NCBI RefSeq assembly: GCF_009914755.1
Contig: NC_060934.1
Strand: one strand, 5' to 3'
Length of the DNA: 64,000 nucleotides
From: the human T2T-CHM13v2.0 reference genome, Homo sapiens
Part shown: positions 1-13,649 of the stretch, in pieces
Position numbering within the stretch: position 1 is the stretch's first letter
How the letters are laid out: each line of letters opens with the position of its first letter
Program-made: the position numbers and the translations under genes
Notes under the pieces: model-generated
What the model saw: only the letters and a program-made list of their open reading frames with translations
Told to the model about the DNA's origin: nothing
Databases searched by the model: none

Positions 1-1907
1 TCATAAATAGATCTTATTATTTTGAGATACATCCCATCAATACGTAGTTTATTGAGAGCTTTTAGCATGAAGTGCTGTTGAATTTTGTTGAAGGCCTTTT
101 CTGCATCTATTGAGATAATCATGTGGTTTTTGTCATTGGTTCTGTTTACGTGATGGATTTCATTTATTGATTTGCATATGTTGAACCAGCCTTGCATCCC
201 AGGGATGAAGCTGACTTGACCATGGTGGATAAGCTTTTTGATGTGCTGCTGGATTCGGTGTGCCAGTATTTTATTGAGGATTTTTGCATCAATGTTCATC
301 AGGGATATTGGTCTAAAATTCTGTTTTTTTGTTGTGTCTCTGCCAGCCTTTGGTATCAGGATGATGCTGGCCTCATAAAATGAGTTAGGGAGGATTCCCT
401 CTTTTTCTATTGATTGGAATAGTTTCAGAAGGAATGGTACCAGCTCCTCTTTGAACCTCTGGTAGAATTCAGCTGTGAATCCATCTGGTCCCAGACTTTT
501 TTTGGTTTGTAGCCTATTAATTATTGCCTCAATTTCAGAGCCTATTATTGGTCTATTCAGAGATTCAAGTTCTTCCTGGTTTAGTCTTGGGACAATGTAT
601 GTGTTCAGGAATTTATCCATTTCTTCTAGATTTTCTAGTTTATTTGCATAGAGTTGTTTATAGTATTCTCTGATAGTAGTTTGTATTTCTGTGGGATCGG
701 TGGTGATATTCCCTTTATCACTTTTTATTGTGTCTATTTGATTCTTCTCTCTTTTCTTCTTTATTAGTCTTGCTAGCAGTCTATCAATTTTGATGATCTT
801 TTCAAAAAACCAGCTTCTGGATTCACTGATTTTTTTGAGGGGATTTTTGTGTCTCTATCTCTTTCAATTCTGCTCTGATCTTAGTTATTTCTTGCCTTCT
901 GCTACCTTTTGAATTTGTTTGCTCTTGCTTCTCCAGTTCTTTAACTGTGATGTTAGGATGTCGGTTTTAGATCTTTCCTGCTTTCTCTTGGGGGCATTTG
1001 GTGCTATAAATTTCCCTCTACACACTGCTTTAAATGTGTCCCAGAGATTCTGGTATGTTGTGTCTTTGTTCTCATTGGTTTCAAAGAACATCTTTATTTC
1101 TGCTTTCATTTTGTTATTTAGCCAGTAGTCATTCAGGAGCAGGTTGTTCAGTTTCCATGTAGTTGAGAAGTTTTGATTGAGTTTCTTAATCCTGAGTTCT
1201 AATTTGATTGCACTGTGGTCTAAGAGACAGTTTGTTGTGATTTCTGTTCTTTTCCATTTGCTGAGGAGTGCTTTACTTCCAATTATGTGGTCAATTTTAG
1301 AATAAGTGTGATGTGGTGCTGAGAAGGATGTATATTCTATTGATTTGGGGTGGAGAGTTCTGTAGATGTCTATTAGGTCTACTTGGTGCAGAGCTGAGTT
1401 TAAGTCCTGGATATCCTTATTAACCTTCTGTCTCATTGATCTGTCTAATACTGACAGTGGGGTGTTAAAGTCTCCCATCATTATTGTGTGGGATCCTAAG
1501 TCTCTTTGTAGGTCTCTAAGGACTTGCATTATGAATCTGGGTGCTCCTGTATTGGGTGCATATATATTTAGGATAGTTAGCTCTTCTTGTTGAATTGATC
1601 CCTTTACCATTATGTAATGGCCTTCTTTGTCTCTTTTGATCTTTGTTGGTTTAAAGTCTGTTTTATCAGAGACTAGGATTGCAACCCCTGATTTTTTTCT
1701 TTGCTTTCCATTTGCTTGGTAGGTCTTCCTGCATCCCTTTATTTTGAGCTTATGTGTGTCTCTGCAAGTGAGATGGGTCTCCTGAATACAGGACACTGAT
1801 GGGTCTTTGCTGTTTATCCAATTTGCCAGTCTGTGTCTTTTAATTGGGGCATTTAGCTCATTTACACTTAAGGTTAATATTGTTATGTGTGAATTTGATC
1901 CTGTCAT
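1..1907 (-). pseudogene. L1 ORF2p remnant (APE endonuclease domain open for 340 codons, then frameshifted)
   Basis: ORF 885..1907 contains IQETH, GDFN, SKIDH and DHSA motifs; conserved N14 is S; reading frame lost after about codon 325. Confidence 0.93.
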
Positions 1908-1970
1908 TATGATGTTAGCTGGTTGTTTTGCCCGTTAATTGATGCAGTTTCTTTATAGCATCGATGGTCT

Positions 1971-2996
1971 TTACAATTTGGCATGTTTTTGCAGTGGCTG
2001 GTACCAGTTGTTTCTTTCCATATTTAGTGCTTCCTTCAGGAGCTCTTGTAAGGCAGGCCTGGGCATGACAAAATCTCTCTGCATTTGCTTGTCTGTAAAG
2101 GATTTTATTTCTCCTTCACTTATGAAGCTTAGTTTGGCTGGATATGAAATTCTGGGTTGAAAATTCTTTTCCTTAAGAAAGTTGAATATTGGCCCCATTC
2201 TTTTGTGGCTTGTAGGGTTTCTGCTGAGAGATCTGCTGTTAATCTGATGGGCTTCCCTTTGTGGGTAACCCAACCTTTCTCTCTGGCTGCCCTTTACATT
2301 TTTTCCTTCATTTCAACCTTGGTGAATCTGACAATTATGTGTCTTGGGGTTGATCTTCTCGAGGAGTATCTTTGTGGTATTCTCTGTATTTCCTGAATTT
2401 GAATGTTGGCCTGCCTTGCTAGGTTGGGGGAATTCTCCTGGATAATATCCTGAAGAGTGTTTTCCAGCTTGGTTCCATTCTCCCCATCACTTTCAGGTAC
2501 ACGTATCAAATGTAGATTTGGTCTTTTCACATAGTGCCATATTTCTTGGAGGCTTTGTTCATTTCTTTTTACTCTTTTTTTCTCTAACCTTGTCTTCTCG
2601 CTTTATTTCATTAATTTGATCTTCAATCACTGATACCCTTTCTTCCACTTGATCGAATCAGCTATTGAAGCTTGTGCATGCATCACAAAGTTCTTGTGCC
2701 ATGGTTTTCACCTCCATCATGTCATTTAAGGTCTTTTCTTCACTGTTTATTCTAGTTAGCCATTCATCTAACCTTTTTTCAAGGTTGTTAGCTTTCTTGC
2801 GATGGATTCGAACATGCTTCTTTAGCTCAGAGAAGTTTGTTATTACCAACCTTCTGAAGCCTTCTTCTCTCAACTTGTCAAAGTCATTCTCCATCCAGCT
2901 TTGTTCCATTGCTGGCAAGGAGCTGTGATCCTTTGAAGGAGAAGAGACACTCTGGTTTTTAAAATTTTCAGCTTTTCTTCTCTGGATTCTCCTCAT
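1971..2996 (-). pseudogene. L1 ORF1p remnant, fragmented
   Basis: Fragments with ENDFDKLREEGFRR, KRPNLHLI, PRHIIVRFTKV, FQPRISYPAKLSF and NWYQPLQKHAKL. Confidence 0.93.
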
Positions 2997-4519
2997 CTTT
3001 GTGGTTTTATCTACCTTTGGTTTTTGATGTTCATGACCTACAGATGGGGTTTTGGTGTAGATGTCCTTTTTGTTGATGTTGATGCTATTCCTTTCTGTTT
3101 GTTAGTTTTCCTTCTAACAGTCAGGTCCCTCAGCTGCAGGTCTGTTGGAGTTTGCTGGAGGTCCACTCCAGACCCTGTTTGCCTGGGTGTCACCAGCGGA
3201 GGCTGCAGAACAGCAATATGGCTGCCTGATCCTTCTTCTGGAAGCTTCATCCCAGGGGGCACCCGCCTATAGGAGGGGTCTGTCGGCCCCTACTGGGAGA
3301 TGCCTCCCAATTAGGCTACACAGGCATCAGGGACACACTTGAGGAGGCAGTCTGTAGTGAGCAAGGCTCTGTGGGTGTGGGGCCCACCAAGCCAGGCATG
3401 GGAGAGAATCTCCTTGTCTGCTGGTTGCTAAGATCTTGGGAACAGTGCATTATTTGGGCTGGAGTGTCCTGTTTTTCCAGGTAGAGTCTGTCACAGAGTC
3501 CCTTGGCTAGGAAAGGGAAATCCCCTGACCCCTTTCGCTTCCCGGGTAAGGTGATGCCCTGCCCTGCTTCGGCTTGCCCTCCGTGGGCTGCAACCATTGT
3601 CCAACCAGTTCCAATGAGATGAACCAGGTACCTCAGTTGGAAATGCAGAAATCACCTGTATTCTGCATTGATCACACTGGGAGCTGCAGACTGGAGCTGT
3701 TCCCATTCGGCCATATTGGAAACCACCTCCTAAAATAGTTTTTTCTAATTCTGTGAAGAATGTCAATGGTAGTTTGATGGGAATACTATTGAATATCAAG
3801 TTACTTTGGGTGTTATAGCCATTTTTACAATATTGATTCTCTTATCCATGAAGATGGAACGTTTTTCCATTTGTTTGTGCTCTCTCTTATTTCCTTCAGC
3901 AGTGGTTTGTAGTTCTCCTTGAAGAGGTCCTTCATATCCCTTGTTAGCTGCATTCCTAGGTATTTTATTCTCTTTGTAGCAATTGTGAATGGAAGCTCAT
4001 TCATGATTTGGCTCTCTGCTTGCCTATTTTGGGTATAAACGGATGCTTGTAATTTTGCACATTGATTTTGCATCCTGAGACTTTGCTGAAGTTGCTTATC
4101 AGTTCAAGGAGTTTTGGGGCTGAGATGATGGGGTTTTCTAAATATAAAATCATGTTGTCTGTAAACAGACTATTTTACTTCCTCTCTTCCTATTGGAATA
4201 CTTTTATTTCTTTCTCTTGCCTGACTGCCCTGGTCAGAACTTCCAATACTATGATGACTAGTAGTGTGAGAGAGGGCAGCCTTGTCTTGTACCAGTTTTC
4301 AAAGGGAATGCTTCAACTTTTGCCCATTCAATATGATATTGGCTGTGGGTTTGTCATAAATAGTACTTATTATTTTGAGATACATTCCATCAGTACCTAG
4401 TTTATTGAGAGTTTTTAACATAAAAGGATGTTGAATTTTATCAAAGGCCTTTTCTTCATCTATTGAGAAAATCATGTGGTTTTTGTCTTTGCTTCTGTTT
4501 ATATGATGGATTATTTTTA

Positions 4520-4765
<246 letters not shown>

Positions 4766-6224
4766 TTAGAATAGTTTCAGAAGGATTGGTACCAGCTCCT
4801 GTTTGCATTTCTGGTAAAATTCAGCTGTGAATCCATCTGGTCCTGGGTGTTTTTTTGGTTGGTAGGCTATTAATTACTGCCTCAATTTCAGAACTTGTTA
4901 TTGGTCTATTTAGGGATTTGACTTCTTCCTGGTTTAGTCTTTGAAGGGTGTATGTGTCCAGGAATTTATCCATTTCTTCTAGATTTTCTAGTTTATTTGT
5001 GTAGAGTTGTTTATAGTGTTCTCTAGTGGTAGTGTATATTACTTTAAGGTCAGTGGTGATATCCAATTTATTATTTTTTATTGTATCTATTTGATTCTTC
5101 TCTCTTTTCTTCTTTATTAGTCTAGCTAGCTGTCTATTCTGTTAATTTTTTCAAAAAAACAGCTCCTAATTCTCTTTTTTTTTTTTTTTAGTGCTTTTCA
5201 TGTCTCTACCTCCTTCAATTCTCTGATCTTAGTTATTTCTTGTCTTCTGCTAGCTTTTGGATTAGTTTGCTCTTGCCTCTCTAGCTCTTTTAATTGTGAC
5301 ATTAGGGTGTTAATTTGATATCTTTCTAGCATTCTGATGTGGGAATTTAGTGCTATAAATTTCCTTCTTAACACTGCTTTTGCTGTGTCCCAGAGATTCT
5401 GGTATGTTGTCTCTTTGTTCTTATTGGTTTCAAACCACTTCTTGATTTATGCCTTAATTTCATTATTTACCCAGGTGTCATTAAGGAGCAGGTTGTCCAA
5501 TTTCCATGTAATTATGTGGTTTTGAGTGAGTTTCTTAATCCTGAGTTCTAATTTGATTGCACTGTGGTCTGAGAGACTCTTTGTTATGATTTCCATTCTT
5601 TTGCATTTGCTGAGGAGGGTTTTACTTCCAATTATGTGGTCAATTTTAGAATAGGTGCCATGTGGCACTGAGAAGAATGTATTTTCTATTGATTTGGGGT
5701 AGGGAGTTCTGTAGATGTCTACTAGGTCCACTTGATCCAGAGCTGAGTTCAAGCCCTGAATATCCTTGTTAATTTTCTGTCTTGTTGATCTAATACTGAC
5801 AGTAGGTTGTTAAAGTCTCCCACTATTATTGTGTGGGAGTCTAAGTCTCTTTGTAGGTCTCTAAGAACTTGTTTTATGAATCTGGGTGCTCCTGTATTGG
5901 GTGCATATATATTTAGAATAGTTAGCCCCTTATGTTGAATTGTTCCCTTTACAATTATGTAATGCCTTTCTTTGTCTTTTTTGATCTTTATTGGTTTAAA
6001 GTCTGTTTTGTCAGAGACTAGGATTGCAACCTCTGCTTTTTTTTCTCTCTCTCTCCATTTTCTTGGTAAATTTTCCTCCATTCCTTTATTTCGAGCCTAT
6101 GTGTGTCTTTGCATGTAAGGTGGGTCTCCTGAATACAGCACATCAGTGGGTCTTGACTCGTTATCCAATTTGCCAGTCTGTGTCTTTTAATTGGGGCATT
6201 TAGCCCATTTACATTTAAGGTTAA

Positions 6225-6564
<340 letters not shown>

Positions 6565-9299
6565 AAGGTTAGTATTGTTATGTGTGAATTTGATCCTGTC
6601 ATCAAGATGCTATTTGGTTATTTTGTAAACTAGTTGATGCAGTTTCTTCATAGTGTCATTGGTCCTTATATTTTGGTGTGTTTTTGCAGTGGCTGGTACT
6701 GGTTTTGCCTTTCCATATTTAGTGCTTCTTTCAGGAGCTCTTGCAGGGCAAGGCTGGTGGTAATGAAATCCATCAGCATTTGCTTGTCTGGAAAAAATTT
6801 TATTAATCCTTCACTTATGAAGCTTAGTTTGGCTGGATGTGAAATTCTGGGTTGAAAAGTCTTTTCTTTAAGAATGTTGAATATTAGCTCCCAGTCTCTT
6901 CTGGCTTGTAGTATTTCTGCTGAGAGGTCTGCTGTTAGTCTGATGGGCTTCCCTTAGTAGGTGACCTGGCCTTTCTCTCTGGCTTCCCTTAACAGTTTTT
7001 CCTTGCTTTCAACCTTGAAGAATCTGATGATTATGTGTCTTGGAGGTGATCTTCTCATGGAGTATCTTAATGGTATTCTCTGTATTTCCTGAATTTGCAT
7101 GTTGGCCTGTCTGGCTAGCTTGGGGAAGTTCTCCTGGATCATATCCTGAAGTGCATATTCCAGCTTGTTTCCATTCTCCCCGTCTCCTTCTGGTACTCCA
7201 ATCAATCATAGGTTTGGTCTTTTTATGAGGTCCCATATTTCTTGGAGATTTTCTTCATTCCTTTTCATTCTTTTTTCTCTCTTCTTGTCTGCATGTCTTA
7301 TTTCAGCAAGGTGGTCTTCAAACTCTGTTATTCTTTCTTCTTCTTGGTCGGGTCTGCTATTGATACTTGTGTATGCTTCACAAAGTTATCATGCTATGTG
7401 TTTCAGCTCCATTAGGTCGCTTATATTCTTCTCTAATTTGGTTATTCTAGTTAGCAATTCCTATAACTTTTTATCAAGGTTCTTAACTTCTTTGCATTGG
7501 TTTAGAACATGCTCCTTTTGCTCAACATAGTTTTTTATTACCCATATCCTGAAGCCTACTTCTGTCAATTCATCCATCTGATCTTCCATACATTTCTGCA
7601 CCCCTGATGGAGAGACGTTGCGATCATTGGAGAAGAGGCACTCTGGCCTTTTGTGTTTTCAGCATTTTTTTCATTAATTCTTTCTCATCTTTGTGAGTTT
7701 GTCTAGTTTTGGTCTTTGAGGCTGCTGACCCTTGGATGGGGTTTTTTTGGGAACCTTTTTTGTTGTTGTTGATGCTGCTGTTGTTGCTTTATGCTTGTTT
7801 GTTTTTCTTTCAATAGGTCCTTCTTCTGTAGGGCCACTGCAGTTTGCTGGGGGTTCACTTCAGGGCCTATTCATCTGATTTGCTCCCGCGCCTGGAGATG
7901 TCACTCAAGGAGGCTGGAGAACAGCAAAGATGGGTGCCTCCACCTTCTTCTGGGACCTCTGACCTCAAAGGGAACAAACCTGATGACACTAGGATTGTTT
8001 CTGTATAGGGTGTCTGACAACCCCTGTTGGAGGGTCCCACCCAGTTGGGTGGCATGGGGAACAGAACGCATTAAATGAAGCACTTTGTTCCTTGGTTGAA
8101 GGGGTGTGCTTTGCTGGGGAAAACCCACTCATCGGGGCTAACCAGATTCCTCAGAACTACCAGGAGGTGAAGCTAAGTCTGCTGGTCCACAGAGACTGTG
8201 GTCACCCCTCCCCCTAGGGGCTCAGGCCCAGGGAGATCTGGATTTTGTCATGGAGCCTCTGAGTGGAGTTATTGGAGTTCCTGCAGGGAAACCCCACCCA
8301 CTGAAGAAGGATGAGTGAAATTTAGGCCTGAAGAGGCACTCTGGCCACAGACTACCACAGCTGGTGTGTTGGGCTGTGGGGACAAGTCTTGGGACCAAGC
8401 CGTCCAGCCCCCCCAGCTCTAGCAGGGAAAAAGCACAGCCTGGAGCTATGGAGATGGGTGCCACCGTTTCCCAACCCAGTGAGCTTAGTGCATTAGGCAG
8501 TTGCGAGTCCCAGTGTTGGCTGCTGATCCTCTCACAAGGAGCTCAAAGGGCTTAGACAGTAGGCAGCCACAGCCAGTGCTGGTCGCCCCTCACCTCGGGA
8601 GTTTGGTAGGCTTAAGCACATTCCAGCCAAGAGGCACTAAGCATTTGTGCATTCTGGGTCTGGGACACTAGGCCCCGGTGGCATGGGTTTGCAAGTGGGA
8701 TCTTCCAGTCCATGGGTTGCACAGTTCTGCAGAAAAAGCACAGTTCCCTCAGCTGGGTAGCATGCTCACTTGCCACCTCCCTTGGCTTGGGGGAAGGGGG
8801 GTTCCCCTGCCTTATGTGGCTCTCAGGTGGGCCACTGCACCACACTGTTCTTCCTTCTCTCTGAGGGTCATGCCAGCCTTCTAGTCAATTTTGATGAGAG
8901 AACCTGGATACCTCAGTTGCTGGTGATGGATTCACCCACTTATAATTTTTTTCGATGGAAGCCTCAGAATGCCGCTGCTTCTAGTCAGCCATATTGGCCC
9001 TGCTTCTAAGTGCATTTTAAGGGAAGGCATGCTGAGTCTTCACGAAATGATTTCACCTCTGTGACAATCATTTGACTCTGCAACAGCTGGAGGTAGAAAA
9101 ACCACTTAATGACAAGAGCTGCTGAAAATTATTTGATAATATTAGAAAACATTACTTAGAAGAATAAAAAATGAGTTTAGCAATAATATTAAGTTTTGAC
9201 ATTATCAAAACTTAGAGATCTTGACATTTAGCATGTATATTTTATAATGAGTAACTTCCTCTTCCTGAAGGTGGTAGTCACAGCAACAAAAAGTGAAAA

Positions 9300-9375
9300 G
9301 GCACTAAATAGCAAGATAGGCACTGACTGGCAATGCAGGCACTATCTAGCAAGGTAGGCACTAATTAGCAATTTA
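9300..9375. repeat. Degenerate 4 x 19-bp tandem repeat
   Basis: GGCACTAAATAGCAAGATA / GGCACTGACTGGCAATGCA / GGCACTATCTAGCAAGGTA / GGCACTAATTAGCAATTTA. Confidence 0.85.
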
Positions 9376-9556
9376 TTATCAATCTCTTATCCTCATTCAT
9401 AAAATAGGTGCATAGTTGACATAGTCTTAAGGTCCCTATAAATTGAATTATTCTATAATTCTATATTTTGGAATTTGACAACCTCATTTTTATCTCCTAT
9501 AATTTTTAGTCCCCACAAACAATGACAAAAAAGTACATAAAAGGATATCACCTAGA

Positions 9557-9650
9557 GGCTGGTTCATTGGTAATGGGTTATCAGAACTTACTAACATTAG
9601 TGTCACTAAAGTTGGTATACAGCCCTTTCACTGCTAAATTTGTCTGGCTT
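9557..9650 (+). pseudogene. Y4 RNA (RNY4) processed pseudogene
   Basis: GGCTGGTTCATTGGTAATGGGTTATCAGAACTTACTAACATTAGTGTCACTAAAGTTGGTATACAGCCC...GCTAAATTTGTCTGGCTT matches hY4 over its full length; A9 tail; degenerate TSD AAAAGGATATCACCTAGA / AAAACGATATTACTTAGA. Confidence 0.95.
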
Positions 9651-11736
9651 AAAAAAAAACGATATTACTTAGAGATGATAAAATCGTCTAAATAATAAGT
9701 TCCTGAAGAATGGGAAGAAAAATTGGTGAGTTGGATATAGGAGAAGGAAAAAAAATTATTGCTTTTTAAAATCCTTTTGCAACAAAGATTTATCACAAAG
9801 ACTGCTGCTGAGGAAAATGAATAAGTAAAAATAAGAGCCTATCTGTGGCACAGATGGTTATTATTATTGTAACTAACAAATTTGCAAAAGAAAAAACACA
9901 CACACAAAAGACCAACTTTTGTTGCCCAAATAAAACAAAATTTGACCAAACAAAGCAACAACAGAAATGAAAAACCTCACATTCCTTAATTTTCCCCCCC
10001 TAAGCAAGGGGCTTGACTTTAGAAAGTAAATTTATTCAATTCTTGGGGACAACAATAATGAAATAAATCTTTTGCTTGCTGCTTAGAACATCATCAAGTT
10101 ATAACTAGAACAGAGGTGTTTCTGTTTGATCCTAATTTGGCTTCTGTTCATCTTTAATCAAAAGAGAAGCAAACAAGAAAACTGTTAAACATAATTTAGA
10201 AATAGAAATGATCAAGGACAAGAAAATAAAAAAGTATTTATTATGACACCACCCTAATGTAAGCAATGTTATATGTAGATACCTATTTAGTAAATTGTTA
10301 TTTACAAAACAAATTTTATTATACTTAAATAGACACAGTTTTATAACTTTTTTCTACTTCTTATAGCATAAATGTTTTTATATCATCAAATATCATTCTA
10401 CTATACAGTAGAATAATGCTTTATCACTCTTTGCAGATACTGTGTTTTTTACAAATTGAAGGTTTGTGGCAATCTTGCATCCAGCAAATCTTGACATCAT
10501 TTTTCTATTTAACAGCATGTGCTCACTTTGTGTTTCTGTGTCACATCTTGGTAATCCTTGTAATATTTCAAACTTTTTCATTACTATATCTGATATGGTG
10601 ACCTGTGATTAGTGATCTTTGATGTTATTATTTTAATTGTTTTGGGATGCCACAAATTGTGTCCATGTTAAGATGGCGAACTTAATCAATATGTGCTCTG
10701 CCTTTTCCACTGACTGGCTATTTCTCAGTTTCTCTCCCTCTCTTCAGGCTCCCTGTTCCCCGAGGCACAAAAATATCAAAATTAGACCAATTATTAACCT
10801 ACAGTGACCTCTAAGTGTTCAAATAAAAGGAAGAGTCATACCCCCCTCATTTGAAATCGAAAGCTAGAAATGATTAAGCTTAGTGAGGAAGGCACGTTGA
10901 AAACCAAGATAGGCCAAAAGCTAGGCTTCTTAAGCCAAATGGTTAGCCAGTTGTGAATTCAAAGGGAGAGTTCTTGAAGGAAATTAAGTGCTACTCCTGT
11001 GAAGACATAAATGATAGAATTATAAGAAAGTGAAACTGCCTTATTGGATATATGGAAAAAGTTTGAGTAGTCATCATAGAAGATCAAAGTAGCCACAACA
11101 TTCTCTTAAGCCAAAGCCCAATCCAGAACAAGGCCCTAACTCTCTTCAATTCTATGAAGACTAAAAAAGTAAGGAAGCTGCAGAAGAAAAGTTTGAAGCT
11201 AGCATAGATTGGTTTTTAAGAAGCCATCCCCATAACAAAAAAGTGGCAGCAAATGCTGATATTCAGAAGATCTAGCTAATGTAATTGATGAAGGTTGCTA
11301 CACTAAACAATGTATTTTCAGTGTAGAAGAGACAGCCTTCTCTTGGAAGAAAATGCTGTCTAGGACTTTTCACAACTAGAAAGAAGTCAATACCTGGCTT
11401 CAAATCTTCAAGGACACCCTGACTCTCTTTTTAGGGGCTAATGCAGCTGGTGACTTTAGTTGAAACCAATGCTCATTTACCATTAGAAAAATCTTAAAGC
11501 CCTTGAAAATTATGCTAAATCAACTTTGCCTGTGCTGTATTAAGACAACATCAAAGCCTAGATGATACCACATCTGTTTGCAGCATGGTTACTGTGTATT
11601 TTAAGCTCACTATTGAGATCTACTGCTTGGAAAAAAGATTTCTTTCAAACTATTGTACTCACTGACAATGCACCTCATCACCCAAGAATTCTGATAGAGA
11701 TGTAAAAGGAGATTAATGTGTTTTCGTGCCTGCTAA

Positions 11737-12078
<342 letters not shown>

Positions 12079-12650
12079 AAACTTTCTTTCAAGTCTTATT
12101 ATTTAAGAAATACATTTTTTAAGGCTATAGTTACCATAGATTGTGACTGATTTGGGCAAAGTTAATTGAAAACCTTCTGGAAAGGATTTACCTTTCTAGA
12201 CACCATTTAAGAGCATTTGTGGTGCACTGAAGGAGGTCAAAATATCAACAATAACCAGAGTTTGGAGGATGTTAATTCCAACCTTAATGGATAACTTTGA
12301 GGGGTCAAGACTTCAGTGCAGATATGGTGAAAATAGCAAGAGAACCGCAATTAGAAGTGCAACCTGAAAATGTGACTGATTTGCTGCAGTCTCACAACAA
12401 AACTTGCATGGATGAAGAGTTACTTCTTGCAGAAGAACAAAGAAAGTAATTTCTGGAAAGCAAATCTATGCAAGTTTTACCATATCTGCACTGAAGTCTT
12501 GCAGGAGGCTGCAAATATTGTTGAAATGACAACAAAGGATTTAGAATATTACATAAACTTAGTTGATAAAAGTTGTCAGGTTTCAGAGGATAGACTCCAA
12601 TTTTGAAAGAAGTTCTACTGTGGGTAAAATGCTAACAAACAGCATCACAT

Positions 12651-12960
12651 GTCCAGGTGCAGTGGCTCACTTCTGTAATCCCAGCACTTTGGGAGGCCAA
12701 GGCAGCTAGGTAACTTGAGCTCAGCAGTTTGAGACCAGCTGGGCAACATAGAGAAACCCTGTCTCTACAAAAAATACAAAAATTAGCCAGGTGTGGTGGT
12801 GTGCTCCTGTAGTCCCAGCTACTTGGGAGGTTGAGTTGGGAGGATGGCTTGAGCCCAGGAGGCAGAGGTTGCATTGTGCCACTGCACTCTAGCCTGGGTA
12901 ACAGAGCCAGACCCTGTCTCGAAAAAAAAAAAAAAAAAAACCAAAACAAATAAATATAAA
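12651..12960 (+). mobile_element. AluJ within Tigger1
   Basis: J-type GGATGGCTTGAGCCCAGG; A-rich tail; TSD core ACAGCATCAC on both sides. Confidence 0.92.
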
Positions 12961-13115
12961 AACCACAGCATCACGTCACATGCTACAAAGAAATCTTTCA
13001 TAAAAGGAAGAGTCAATGGATGTGCTGTACTTTATGTGTTTTATTTAAAGAAATTGCCACAGCTGCCCCAACCTTCAGCAACCACCATCCTGATTAATCA
13101 GCAGTTGTCAACATC

Positions 13116-13269
13116 AAGTCTCAGTTCCCTTTCAACATGCCAGTCTCATAAAAGCTCAATCTTAAATAAATCCAGCACCATTACTAAACTAAGTGTGATG
13201 AATCCTGCTTGTGAAAATTGCATAATTGTGTTGATTTCTGTTCTGACAAATTCATAGCCTCCAACCTCA
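13116..13269 (+). repeat. 154-bp direct copy of 14024-14177 inserted in Tigger1
   Basis: Ungapped alignment at offset 908, 14 mismatches by hand count. Confidence 0.95.
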
Positions 13270-13649
13270 ACAAGAAAAGACCCTCCACCAGCAGAAAAAT
13301 CATGATTTGCTGAAGGTTCACATAATTGTTAGCACTTTCTAGCAATAAAATATTTGAAAATTATGTATATACATTGTTTTTTAAGATACAATGCTACTGC
13401 ATACTTAATAGATTACAGTATAGTGTAAAAATAACTTTTATATATACTGGGAAACAAAAAACATTAATGTGACTCAGTTTATGGTGATAGTTTAGAATTG
13501 AACCCATAGTGTTTCTGAGGTATGCCTGGATCTATTACTGGCTACAAGGTATTCCATTGTGGGGGACTACCAAAACATATTGAGATATTTGTACTTATTG
13601 ACCATTCAATTTTCTGCTATTTTCCCATATATCATCCCTTTATTTTTTT

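Larger units (their letters stand above)
1..3730 (-). mobile_element. LINE-1, L1PA7-like (L1PA6-8 range): 5'UTR, ORF1 and 5' part of ORF2; runs off the left edge
   Basis: Minus-strand 5' end GGAGGTGGTTTCCAATATGGCCGAATGGGAACAGCTCC; ORF1 fragments (2658-2996, 2294-2530, 1971-2273) and an ORF2 start [13 protein letters not shown] at 1907. Subfamily from recalled 5'UTR/ORF1 diagnostics. Confidence 0.95.

Noticed and set aside
885-1907. 340-aa ORF as a functional or domesticated endonuclease
   Set aside because: Ordinary L1 ORF2 N-terminus with N14S and other substitutions; ORF1 upstream is broken and the frame is lost downstream.
3491-3799. Chimeric 102-aa ORF
   Set aside because: Accidental read-through across the L1-in-L1 junction.
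9300-9375. CRISPR-like repeat-spacer array
   Set aside because: Primate DNA, 19-bp period, no unique spacers and no cas genes.
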